A stretch of 64,000 nucleotides of DNA, taken from assembly GCA_963843555.1 (NCBI GenBank), contig CAWJKV010000012.1, positions 54,666 through 118,665 of the forward strand, written 5' to 3'. The notes beneath the pieces were generated by a model. The model was not told the origin of the DNA. It saw only the letters and a program-made list of their open reading frames with translations, and searched no databases. Positions 10,447 to 20,928 of this stretch are shown one piece after another. How positions within the stretch are numbered: position 1 is the first letter of the stretch; every line of letters starts with the position of its first letter. This stretch comes from an uncultured Methanosarcinales archaeon (GTDB lineage Archaea > Halobacteriota > Methanosarcinia > Methanotrichales > Methanotrichaceae). The translations under genes and the position numbers were made by a program.

Positions 10447-11063
10447 ATGCAGGAAGAGCAGAGGAGATTTGCGGAAAAGACGCGCACGGATCTTGAAGCA
10501 GGCGGCGATGCCACCATTGTCGCATTTGGGGACTCCATTACCGCAGGCTTCGCTGTAAGGCGAGGTTTCCCATCCTTTTGGCGGGAGCAGCTGCAGCAGA
10601 AATTCCGCGAAGCAAAAGTGGAGATGATCAACTCCGGCATATCAGGAGACACCAGCCGGGATGGGCTCGCCCGGCTGGACTGGTCAGTGCTATCTTACGA
10701 GCCGGATCTGGTTACCATCAACTTCGGCATCAACGACTCCGTCTTTGACATAGATGTGGATGAGTTCAAGGAAAATCTTATAAAGATGATCCGGCGCATT
10801 CGGGCGGGACCTGATTCAGAGATATTGCTCCTCTCTTCACAGCCGTTGGAGACGCCTCCCTACGACAGAATCGTGCAGGACTACTACCGAGCCCTCGAAG
10901 ATGTGGCCAGGGAGATGGATGTCGGATTCGTGGACGTCTACGGAGCATGGATGGAGCGCGTGCGCCGGGGGACGCCTCTGGGATCATTGATCATACCAGG
11001 TCTGGACCATCCGAATGAGGCGGGTACAGGATCATAGCCGAGGAGCTGATGAAGCTGTTCTGA
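10447..11063 (+). CDS. SGNH/GDSL-family hydrolase (1-nt indel just before the C-terminus)
   Basis: FGDSIT, NSGISG, FGIND, DHPNEAG; shifted frame continues YRIIAEELMKLF* to 11063. Confidence 0.88.
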
Positions 11064-11110
11064 CCTTGGGTCAGTTAGTCTGCCACCAAAATCAAAATAA
11101 GATGGTAGGG

Positions 11111-12358
11111 CTATTTCTCAGTGGGATCGCTGATCCTGCCCATGAAACAGTATGCAGCCCGTTTCGCCATCTGTTATCATGAATATGAAGGGATGATCGG
11201 CACGGAAGACGGGCGTCCTTTGGACCCGCGAGCAAAGACCCCTGCTCATGATGACCGCCGTGGCTGCTGCCGCCTCAGTTCCTTCTTCGTTCACATCGAC
11301 ATAAGCCTGATGGATGACCTGCGCTTATGAACAGCCCTCCGCCTGGCACTTATCCCTGAGAAGTCAGCGTCTGCGAATGCGGTCGGCATCCCCAAATTCC
11401 GCAGGTTATTTTTCAAGAAGTATTTGGCATCGATCTTGAACTTGGGTATGTAGACATCGACGCGCTGCAGCGCTAAGCCCTCTCTCCATTGGGCGAGCTT
11501 TTCCACAGTGAGAGAACTCTCCAGCGAGGCGATGTCATGCTCTTTGGGCAGGAGAATAATCATGGAGAGTTTTTCCCCCAGGTAAGGCATCTGCAGCATC
11601 TGCATGTCTTCTGTCTCCAGGTAATTGAATTTGGCATCTTTGTCAAGCCGTCCTCATCATGGGTACAGTGACAGTCCTGCCGTCGCTCGTATGAAAATTC
11701 TCATCCCGTGTCAGGCTCTTGTCAAACTCTTTAACCCATGTGCCCTTGAAATATATGGCGTTGGTCAGGACCAGACAAGTCGAAGAATCGATATAGGGGG
11801 GAGGAATGAGATCTTTTATCTTTTGGGAGGTCTTCTGCTCCACCCAGGAGTTTATGGTCTTTCTGGCTTCTTCGCTTGCTCCTATGAAATCCAGGTTCGT
11901 CGCCCTGGCATGATAGATGCGATCCATCAGATCCCTATACCCATCGAGCAGCGAGAAGCCGTTATCCACCCAGAGGGCGTTGGCAGTAGAGAGGATATAG
12001 CCGGATATCGTTGGCATTGAATCGCTGGTCGAGCGAGGAAAACGACTGCCTTCTGACTGCTCTCATCGCCGGAGAAATGCAGCACGGATCGCATCTCATC
12101 TGCTGTCTTGCCTCTCGCCCCTTCATAGGTCATGGCCAGGGCCGTGTTCAGGCTCCAGGGAGAGAAGAAGATGTTCTCATCTTTGCCTGCCAGCTCCCGA
12201 TACATATCCAGAGCAAAGCGATTGCTGGCAATTGCAGTCTGTTCTATGTCTGTCAGCTGCACTTGAACAGACGGCTCAGATTTCATATTTTCCTGCCCCA
12301 GAGCGGGCTTAATTATCAGGATGAAGATAAACAGAATAAGAAAAAGCTCCAAATGCAT
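11111..12358 (-). CDS. Secreted serpin (split by several indels)
   Basis: Signal peptide; NIFFSPWS, YEGARGKT, ANALW, INSWVEQKT, LVLTNAIYFKGTW, PKFKI, DVNEEGTEAAAAT, FRADHPFIF, MGRISDP across successive frames. Confidence 0.9.
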
Positions 12359-12679
12359 GGCAATACACCAATTATATATTCCGCCTTGATTACAGATAAG
12401 GATTTGCCAGTCTAAGGTTTTTGCTTTGAGGGTAGACGGCCAGGGATCAGCCGCATAAAGCGAACTGTGGTTTGAAAACAGACTACACCCCTCAGGCCGA
12501 CGACATTCAACCCTCCCTGCTTTTTACCTGATCCCGTCTCCTAAGCGTTGCGATCTATACAGTTTCTGGGGGCGTCCTTTGCCTGCCAATTTTCGCCTCA
12601 TTGGCCCGGCTTGAGAATGCAAGAGGCAGTCGAAGTGCCCCAAGGTATAAATAAAAATAATTGAAAACCATCAACCGTT

Positions 12680-12874
12680 ATGTCCTCCAAGAAGTGCACA
12701 TCGGTCTGCCCCGTTTGCGGCAGCTCCGATTTATATTACGAGGTCGGTGGCTACACCGGCAAAATCTACCACTGCAAGATCTGCGATTATATTGGCGCCC
12801 TGGTCGTCGAAGCAGATGAGGAGATGGCTAAAGCCATAAGAGATGACTACGAGCAGAAGAAGAAGAATGAATAA
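12680..12874 (+). CDS. Small zinc-ribbon protein
   Basis: CPVCGS...YHCKICDY; preceded by TATA-like GGTATAAATAA. Confidence 0.75.
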   Translation: MSSKKCTSVCPVCGSSDLYYEVGGYTGKIYHCKICDYIGALVVEADEEMAKAIRDDYEQKKKNE

Positions 12875-12993
12875 AATAGAGAGCAAGTAACGCTCCGTTA
12901 CCCATCCAAAAAAGCAGAAATCAAGGCAGCTAATCCTTGTCCGGATCACTGACTCTGCCCAGGAATGGTTTGCAGCCCATCTTTTATCAGCTG

Positions 12994-13882
12994 TCACCTC
13001 AGGGATTGCATAGCTGGAGACTTGCATGGATTCGAGGAGCTTTCCTGCGAGCGAACGTGCGCACTGGCATGGGGGTGCCGGTGCAAGGCTGCTCGGGCAG
13101 CCATAATATTCGCTTGCCAAAAAAAAATTAAAATTGGAAAGAACCTCAGGAAACCGGCTGCTATCTCGTAGGTTATTGAAATCGTGGCCTCGACAGTAAC
13201 ATCTTTGGGCTGTAGCGGTATTGAGAGGTTAGAGGTAGAGCCATCCGCCGCAAAAACCACAGACTCAGCCTCATCCCCATAGTAGTAGCTGCGGCCTGAG
13301 GAAATCTCCAGCACTCTGACGAGCTCGACTCCTGCGGATGAGGCAATTATTTCCGCCTTTCGCCTGGCATCGGCCACTGCTTTGGCCAGGGCCTCGTCCT
13401 TCTGTGGTCCTGAATCCTTCAGGCCATAGCTCACGCTCTTCAAGTTGTTGGACCCGGCTGCTATGGCGGCCCCCAGGATCTTGCCAATGTCTTCAGTGGT
13501 ATTCATCTTTACTATGACGCTGCTGATGGCTACATACTCTGGAGACTGTTCCACTCCTGCCAGAGCTTTTATCAACTCCTCATCTCCATAGGGCATGGTG
13601 AGTCGGAACTGGCTGGTCTGAATCTCATCCTCTCTCAAGCCCGCCGACAATAGTGCTTTCACCGTTTTGTTCATGAGTTTTGCATTCTCTGCTGCAGCGA
13701 CATCAGAGCTGATGTTCTTTGTCTCAACACCCAGTTCGATGGTCACCAAATCAGGAGGCACGGTTACCTCGCCGCTCCCATCCACAATCAGATTGGAGAC
13801 ATCCTCATTTGTAATCCCATATCCTGGTAGGGCCGACATTATCAGTATTAGCCCTAAAGAACATAATTCTTGATCGTCTCAT
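12994..13882 (-). CDS. SIMPL/DUF541 domain exported protein (ends uncertain, probable indels)
   Basis: VDGSGEVTVPPD..IELGVET, ALAKAVADARRKAEIIA..AGVEL, VEATISITYEI; likely ATG 13882 after GTGGAG; true stop probably near 13146. Confidence 0.8.
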
Positions 13883-14042
13883 AATATCTCCACTATAATA
13901 CCTAACTTTAACACTATTAAGTATTATGTTTGCTTGCAGCGGAGTATGCTATTTGACTGTCCAAATATCAGGATTCTTTCTTGCCTGTTACTGCAGTAGT
14001 AAATCAAAAATATTTTTATGAGATGGCCAGAAGCGAATCGCT

Positions 14043-15455
14043 TTATTTCTCGATCCACTTCCCATCCTTCTTCAGCCAATCGTCCATATCAGCTGCCGCG
14101 ATCTTGCCTTCGCCCATGGCGCTGATCACAGTTGCGCCGCCGCTGATGATGTCTCCTCCGGCCCAGACGCCCTCCATTGTCGTTCTCCCCCGTCCATCCA
14201 CCACCAGCGTGCCCCATTTGGTGGTCATGAGCTGGGGAGTGCTGGAGGCGATGAGGGGATTGGGAACTGTGCCGACAGCAATGACCACCGTGTCCACATC
14301 CACAGTATGCTCCGAGCCCTTCTTCACCCGGGGGCTTCTCCGGCCTGAGGCATCGGGCTCGCCCAGCTCCATCTCAACCACCTCCATGGCCTTGACCATG
14401 CCCCTATCGTCGCCTGAGAACCGGGTGGGATTGGTGAGGAAGTCGAAGATCACCCCCTCCTCCATGGCGTTCTCCACCTCTTCCAGACGGGCAGGCATCT
14501 CCTCACGAGAGCGTCGGTAAATGACATGCACCTCATCCGCTCCCAGGCGCATAGCAGAGCGGGCGGCATCCATGGCCACGTTTCCGCCTCCGACGACGGC
14601 CACCTTCTTGCCCTTTTTTATGGGCGTATCGTATTCCGGGAACTTGTAGGCCTTCATCAGGTTGACCCGGGTGAGATATTCGTTGGCAGAGTAAACGCCG
14701 CTCAGGTTCTCGCCGGGAACATTTAGAAAGCGGGGCGCGCCTGCGCCGATGCCCAGGAATACTGCGTTATAGCCACCTTTGAGCAGCTCCTCCACCTGGA
14801 TTTGTCTGCCCACCACAGAGTCAAGCTCCAGGTCGGCGCCCAGGGATTTGACGTACTCGATCTCCGACTTGACAATGTTCTTGGGCAGGCGAAACTCGGG
14901 AATGCCGTAGACCAGGACGCCTCCGCCATCATGCAGCGCCTCGAAGATGGTGACTTTGTGGCCCATTCTGGCCAGATCGGCTGCACAAGTGAGGCCAGCT
15001 GGGCCCGAGCCGACGACTGCGACGCGTTTGCCGGAGGGAGGGGCAACTTCACATACAGGGCACTTTTTCGTGGTCTGCTCCCAGTCGGCCACATAGCGTT
15101 CCAGACGGCCTATGGCCACAGGCGCCCCCTTCTTGGCCAGGATGCAGCGGCTCTCGCACTGCACCTCCTGGGGACAGACCCGGCCGCAGATTCCGGGCAG
15201 GCTGTTCTTTCTCTTGAGGGACAGGGCCGCCTCAGGCATATCCCCGTCCCGCAGGGCGCGAATGAAGACCGGAATCTCCACTCCCACCGGACAGCCTGCA
15301 ACGCACTTGGGCTTCTTGCATTGAAGACATCTGCCAGCCTCTTCTGCCGCCTGCTCTGGACTGTATCCCAGGGCAACCTCCTGGAAGTTGCGTTTCCTCT
15401 TCTCGGGAGATTGCTTGGGCATCTCCACCCGGCTTAAATTTATCTTGCTTGACAT
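14043..15455 (-). CDS. NfnB/SudA-like (GltD-family) FAD and 2x[4Fe-4S] NADPH oxidoreductase
   Basis: EAGRCLQCKKPKCVAGCP, CGRVCPQEVQCE, GSGPAG, GGVLVYGIPEFRLP, GGGNVAMD, YRRS, AGGD. Confidence 0.9.
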   Translation of the reverse strand: MSSKINLSRVEMPKQSPEKRKRNFQEVALGYSPEQAAEEAGRCLQCKKPKCVAGCPVGVEIPVFIRALRDGDMPEAALSLKRKNSLPGICGRVCPQEVQCESRCILAKKGAPVAIGRLERYVADWEQTTKKCPVCEVAPPSGKRVAVVGSGPAGLTCAADLARMGHKVTIFEALHDGGGVLVYGIPEFRLPKNIVKSEIEYVKSLGADLELDSVVGRQIQVEELLKGGYNAVFLGIGAGAPRFLNVPGENLSGVYSANEYLTRVNLMKAYKFPEYDTPIKKGKKVAVVGGGNVAMDAARSAMRLGADEVHVIYRRSREEMPARLEEVENAMEEGVIFDFLTNPTRFSGDDRGMVKAMEVVEMELGEPDASGRRSPRVKKGSEHTVDVDTVVIAVGTVPNPLIASSTPQLMTTKWGTLVVDGRGRTTMEGVWAGGDIISGGATVISAMGEGKIAAADMDDWLKKDGKWIEK

Positions 15456-15763
15456 CTCTTCTGCACCGCGCCTCTGTGGCTAAATTATCTTATTGCTGAT
15501 TATACTTATGCTCGGAGAACCCTGGATGTCTCCTTTCCATACATCTTTTCCAGATCCTGTGCCCTCAGACGGACCTGCAGATATAAATAAGATAATGCCT
15601 GTCGCGGGCTTCCTTGAAGAAGCATTTAAATCTATCCCTAGAAGATGGCTGACCCAGAACATTTTCCGACGAGGCACACCGTTTTGGAACTCTGCCGGTG
15701 ATTCCTTTTAGAGGAACGTTCTAATACAACCAATCCTCATCATTATTCGGCGCGGTTGGAAAC

Positions 15764-18514
15764 ATGTCCGAGATTAAACTGACCATCGATGATCGAGAAA
15801 TCCTGGTTCAGGAGGGTTCCACGATTCTGGAAGCAGCCCGCAAGGCCGGCTCTTAGTGCCAGCACTTTGCCACCACCCAGACCTCAAGCCCATCGGCTCC
15901 TGCAAGCTGTGCATCGTCTCTGTAAAAGGCCTGGACCATTACCCCGCAGCCTGCAATACCCAGGCGGAAGAGGGAATGGTGGTGGAGACCAGGACAGAAG
16001 AGCTACAGGAGATGAGAAGACACACCCTGGAGATGCTCTTAGCCCTTACCAACCATCCCACCAGCTGCCTGTTCTGTGATAGGAAAGACGAATGCAATGA
16101 CCTGCGCGAGTGCATGAGAAAGTTCCCTGTGACGGTAGGCTGCAAGTACTGCCCCAAGAACGGCGAATGCGAACTGCAGCAGGCAGTGGAGTTCGTGGGG
16201 CTGGAAAAAATCAGATATCAGATCTCTTTTAAAAATATGCCCGTCTTTGAGAGAGCCTTTCTTCGATCGCAATTACAATCTCTGCATCCTGTGCAGCCGT
16301 TGCGTGCGAGCCTGCCAGGAGGTGAGGGGCGAAGGCGTTCTCACCAGCAACCCCGATTTTCACCGCATGCACTGGATAGGCCCCGAGTCTCTGCAGGACT
16401 CGGACTGCAAGTTCTGCGGAGCATGCGTGGATATCTGCCCGACGGCTGCCCTCTACGCCCGATTTGAGAAATGGCAGAGGCCGGAAAAGACCATCTCGAC
16501 CATCTGCCCCTACTGCGGCGTGGGCTGCCAGATAGAGGTGGGCGTCCTGGACAACCGGCTGGTTAGGGTAAGGGGCAAGAGGGACAACCTGCCGAATTTT
16601 GGCCAGCTCTGCGTCAAGGGCCGCTTCGGCCTGGGCTTCGTGGATAGCCCGGAGCGTCTCACTGTGCCTCTCATCAGGAAGAATGATAAACTGGTGCCGG
16701 CGACCTGGGAGGAAGCACTGGAATTGGTGGCCGGAAAATTGAATGGCTATAAAGGCGACAGCTTTGCTTTCCTATCGTCGGCCAAGTGCAGCAATGAGGA
16801 GAACTATCTGGCCCAGAAGTTCGCCCGGCTGGTTATGCAGACCAACAACGTAGATCACTGCGCCCGGCTCTGCCATGCCTCGACCGTATCCGCCCTGGCT
16901 CTCGCTTTCGGCAGCGGAGCCATGACCAACTCCATTTCGGAGCTGGCGGATGCCGGATGCATATTCATCATCGGCTCGAACACCAGCGAGCAGCATCCCG
17001 TCATCGCCCTCAAGATAAAAGAGGCGAAAAGGAAGGGTGCCAGGATAATCGTCGCCAACCCCCGCTGGATCGACCTCTGCAAGATCGCGGACGTCTGGCT
17101 GCGGCAGACTCCGGGAACGGACGTGCCCCTCGTCCTGGAGATGTGCCGCATAATTCTGGAAGAGGGGCTAATGGACGAGAGCTTCATCTCGGAGAGAACG
17201 GAGGGCTTTGATGATTTCAAGGCCTCCCTCTTGAAGCTGTCCGGATCGGACGCGGCGCGCATTACGGGCGTGAATTCGGAGCTCATCCGAGATGCTGCCC
17301 GAATCTATGCCAGGGGCAATCCCTCTTCTATAATCTATTCCATGGGCATCACCCAGCACTCTCATGGCGTGGATAACATCTTTGCTCTCGCCAATCTGGC
17401 CATGATGACCGGGAATGTGGGGAAGCCCTCCTCGGGCATCAATCCCCTGAGAGGCCAGAACAATGTGCAGGGCTCCTGCGACATGGGAGCTCTTCCCAAT
17501 CTTCTGCCGGCATACCAGGCCGTGACCAATCCCGATCTGAGAGGGAAATTCGAGCAGGCCTGGGGAGCGGCTCTGCCGGAAAATCCCGGTCTCACCGTTG
17601 TCGAGATGATGGATGCCGCAGCGGAGGGCAAGATTCGGGCCATGTACATTATGGGAGAAAATCCAGTTGTCAGCGATCCAGACAGCAGTCATGTGATAGA
17701 GGCCCTGAAATCCCTGGATTTCCTGGTAGTGCAGGATATCTTCCTCTCCGAGACGGCTGCATTGGCGGACGTGGTCCTGCCGGCAACGTCCGGCCTGGAG
17801 AAGGACGGAACCTTCACCAATACGGAACGCCGGGTGCAGAGGATCAGGAAGGCCCTTGACCCCGTCGGTGAGTCCATGCCCGACTGGATGATCCTGTGCG
17901 CTCTGGCCGGTCGCATGGGCTGGGACAGCCAGTTCAGCTATGACGACCCCGGCCAGATCATGTCTGAGGCGGCAAAGCTCGCTCCCAGCTACGGTGGCAT
18001 AAGCTATGAGCGGCTGGAGGGCGACGGGCTGCAGTGGCCCTGCCCCAACGCTGAGCATCCAGGAACCCAGTACCTGCATAAAGGCCAGTTTACAAGGGGC
18101 AAGGGCAAGTTCAATGTCGTCGACTACCGGCCTTCCATGGAGTTGCCCGATGAAGAGTATCCTTTTATTCTCACCACAGGCAGAGTTCTCTGCCAGTATC
18201 ATACCGGAACCATGACGCGAAAGGTGGGCGACCTCAACCTTCTCAGAAATGAGGAGCTGGTGGAGATGAATCCGCAAGATGCTCTCAGGTTGAGCATTGA
18301 AGACGGCGAGCTGATAGAGGTCAAATCCCGCCGCGGAGCAGTCCGGGCCAAAGCCAGGACCACAGAAAAGTCGCCTGCCGGCGTAGTCTTCATGACCTTC
18401 CACTTCTCAGAGACGCCCACCAACGTTCTTACCAATCCGGCCTTGGACCCCATCGCCAAGATCCCGGAATTCAAGGTATGTGCCGTGAAGCTGAATAAGA
18501 TTAGAGGAGGCTAG
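15764..18514 (+). CDS. fdhA: Mo/W-bisPGD formate dehydrogenase alpha subunit with N-terminal [2Fe-2S] and [4Fe-4S] modules (two indels near 15855 and 16246)
   Basis: MSEIKLTIDDREI..EGSTILEAA; LCHHP..GSCKLC; CILCSRCVRAC; CKFCGACVDICP; CPYCGVGC; LCVKG; active site DHCARLCHAS (Cys); LRGQNNVQG; PEFKVCAV. Confidence 0.92.
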
Positions 18515-18516
18515 AG

Positions 18517-19455
18517 ATGTACGAGATCATAACCAAGGAGACTGTAGCTCCCAATATCATTTACATGAAACTGAAAGCTCCCAAGATTGCGGCCACTGCC
18601 AGACCGGGTCAGTTTGTGATCATAAGAGTGGACGAGCGTGGGGAGAGAATACCCATGGGCCTGGCCGGCTGGGATGAGCTGGAGGGCACAGTGGACATTG
18701 TCTTCTACGTTTTGGGGACAAGCACGGCCAAGCTATCCACGATGAAAGAAGGCGAATCAGTGGCCAACATCGCCGGACCCCTGGGAAAACCCACCGAGAT
18801 CGAGAACTTCGGAAGAGTCATCTGCGCCTGCGGTTGCTTTGGGGCCGGCCCATCACTGCCGCTCATAAAGGCCCTCAAGGAGAAAGGCAACTATGTGATA
18901 ACGGTCGTGGAGAGCCGCGGCCCTGATTTCGTTTTCTGGAAGGATAAACTCAAAGAGTATAGCGATGAGATTCATGTTGTGACGGGCTGCGGCAAGACCG
19001 CCTGGGCCAATGATTTCATAGAGCAGGAGCTGCAGTCCGGAAATAAGATCGACAGGATCTTTGCTCATGGCTGTCCCTTCATGATGAAGGTATCCTCGGA
19101 TGCCTCACGGGCCGCGGGTGTAGAAACGATCGTCAGCCTCACACCTCTCATGGTGGACGGCACGGGCATGTGCGGTGCCTGCCGGGTGGAGGTGGACGGG
19201 AAGACCCAGTTCGCCTGTGTGGACGGTCCGGATTTCGGAGGCCACTCTGTCAACTGGGATGGGCTTGTTCTGCGGCTGCGCCAGCTTATTCCGGAAGAGG
19301 ACAGATCCTTCAATCTTTGGGAGAGGGATAACTGGCATAAGCTGATGGACAGCAAAACCAAGAAGAGCTTCAATCCGGCAAAGAGAAGGACTGCAGCCGA
19401 GCTGGAACATCATGAGGGCCACAGCCACGGTGGCTGCAGCTCCGCCGGGGCCTGA
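18517..19455 (+). CDS. NfnA/SudB-like (PyrK-family) FAD and [2Fe-2S] subunit
   Basis: ARPGQFVIIRVDERGERIP, GPLGKP, MVDGTGMCGACRV..FACVDGPDF; starts 2 nt after fdhA stop. Confidence 0.9.
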   Translation: MYEIITKETVAPNIIYMKLKAPKIAATARPGQFVIIRVDERGERIPMGLAGWDELEGTVDIVFYVLGTSTAKLSTMKEGESVANIAGPLGKPTEIENFGRVICACGCFGAGPSLPLIKALKEKGNYVITVVESRGPDFVFWKDKLKEYSDEIHVVTGCGKTAWANDFIEQELQSGNKIDRIFAHGCPFMMKVSSDASRAAGVETIVSLTPLMVDGTGMCGACRVEVDGKTQFACVDGPDFGGHSVNWDGLVLRLRQLIPEEDRSFNLWERDNWHKLMDSKTKKSFNPAKRRTAAELEHHEGHSHGGCSSAGA

Positions 19456-19720
19456 ACTGCTTTTCCGGCGGATCCAAGCGGCCGCCAGAATGAAGAATCT
19501 TGCAGCTTGAATGAAGATTAAATCAAGGAATGCAGACTGCCGGGGGCTGGACTTGCATATAGAAGAGTTTCTCACGGGCGTGCTCAAGCGTCACGCCCCT
19601 GCCCAATCATGAGACCCATTGCTGCCTTCCTGAAATATTCGATTCTAAATAAGATGAAGTTCTATTTTTCCGTCCATAGAAACTTTTCATGATTCTTTTT
19701 ATTTTACATTATGCTTCAAA

Positions 19721-19775
19721 TGGATTCATAATTTTTCACAATATTTCATAATTCTTCATAACTTTTCACAATTCT
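19721..19775. repeat. Degenerate 10-bp tandem repeat (about ATTYTTCAYA x5) upstream of the FNT gene
   Basis: tggattcata/atttttcaca/atatttcata/attcttcata/acttttcaca/attct. Confidence 0.75.
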
Positions 19776-19928
19776 GCTGACTGCAACCGCAATCCTTTTA
19801 CACAATTCCGCCAGCACGAGTGGCCATCCTGCGGGCCGCCTTCGAAGCAAAGCGATTTGGTTCATCCAGTCCCCAAACAAGCTTCAATCGCAAGAATTCC
19901 AGGCTGCCCGTTTTAATGGAGGGAGAAT

Positions 19929-20844
19929 ATGGCATTCAAAATCCCCGCTGATATCGCCAAGGCAGCGATCGCTGCCGGATGCACGAAATGCAACATAACC
20001 TGGCAAAAGCTGCTGGTGCTGGGCTTTCTGGCCGGAGCTTACATCGCCTTCGGAGCCCTGTTGAGCGAGATCGTGGCTGGAGGCCTGTCCAACGGCACGA
20101 TCACAGGTCCTGATGGCGCCATCTGGAAGATCGCTCTGCCGGCAGGCCTCGTAAAGTTCGCAGCGGGTGCAGTGTTCCCTGTGGGACTCATGCTGGTAGT
20201 GATTGCCGGCTCTGAACTCTTCACGGGAAACTGCATGTTCGCACCCATAAGCGTACTGAACGGAGAGGCTCCCATCAAGGGTCTTCTTAAGAACTGGTCA
20301 ATCGTCTATCTGGGCAACTTCCTGGGATCTATCTTCGTGGCCTATTTCCTGGCATACCAGTGCGGATTTTTCGATAGCCTTCCCTGGGCGGGCTGGGCGG
20401 CGACTGTGGCCAACACCAAATGCGGCCTGGACTTTGGCACTGCATTCCTGCGGGGAATAGGCTGCAACTGGCTGGTCTGCCTGGCGGTCTGGCTGGCCAT
20501 AAGCTCGGAAGATGTGATAAGCAAGATCTTCGCCTGCTGGTTCCCTATCATGGCATTCGTCGCCATCGGCTTCGAGCACAGTGTGGCTAATATGTTCTTC
20601 ATACCTCTGGGCATCTTTGCCGCCAACGATCCGGCCATTGCATCCAATCTGGCCACTGCGGGTGTGGCTACTGCAAACCTCGCCGGCGGCGTGGGATGGT
20701 ACAATTTCTTCGTCACCAATCTCATTCCCGTCACACTGGGCAACATCGTGGGGGCGGCACTCTTCGTGGCTGCACTCTACTGGTATGTCTACCTCCGGGG
20801 ACCTCTTTGCGTGCATGAGCCCCGAGAAGACCACGAAGAAGTAA
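19929..20844 (+). CDS. fdhC: Formate/nitrite transporter (FNT family, FdhC/FocA-like)
   Basis: [60 protein letters not shown]; probable indel in C-run near 20820 gives stop at 20844. Confidence 0.88.
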
Positions 20845-20928
20845 CTGCCCAGACAAAAATTAGGATCGGCGCCTCCAGGCAAGAGGCCCCGAGCATTTCC
20901 TATTCGTCTTTTTCGTTCCTCGTATTTT

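Noticed and set aside
10420..10449. trpA TAG directly in frame with the SGNH ORF (readthrough fusion); similar case at rpl21e-rpo4
   Set aside because: Downstream genes have their own ATG, such adjacency is common, and no pyl genes are in view
12420..12660. GC-richer intergenic stretch as a possible ncRNA (also 60130-60280 and 63570-63760)
   Set aside because: No tRNA, SRP or RNase P signatures recognised by eye; an Rfam/Infernal search would be needed
15850..15860. In-frame TAG early in fdhA as possible pyrrolysine or other recoding
   Set aside because: Homology continues in a different frame (VPALCHHP), so it is a 1-nt deletion; the active site is Cys (CARLCHA), so Sec is not needed either
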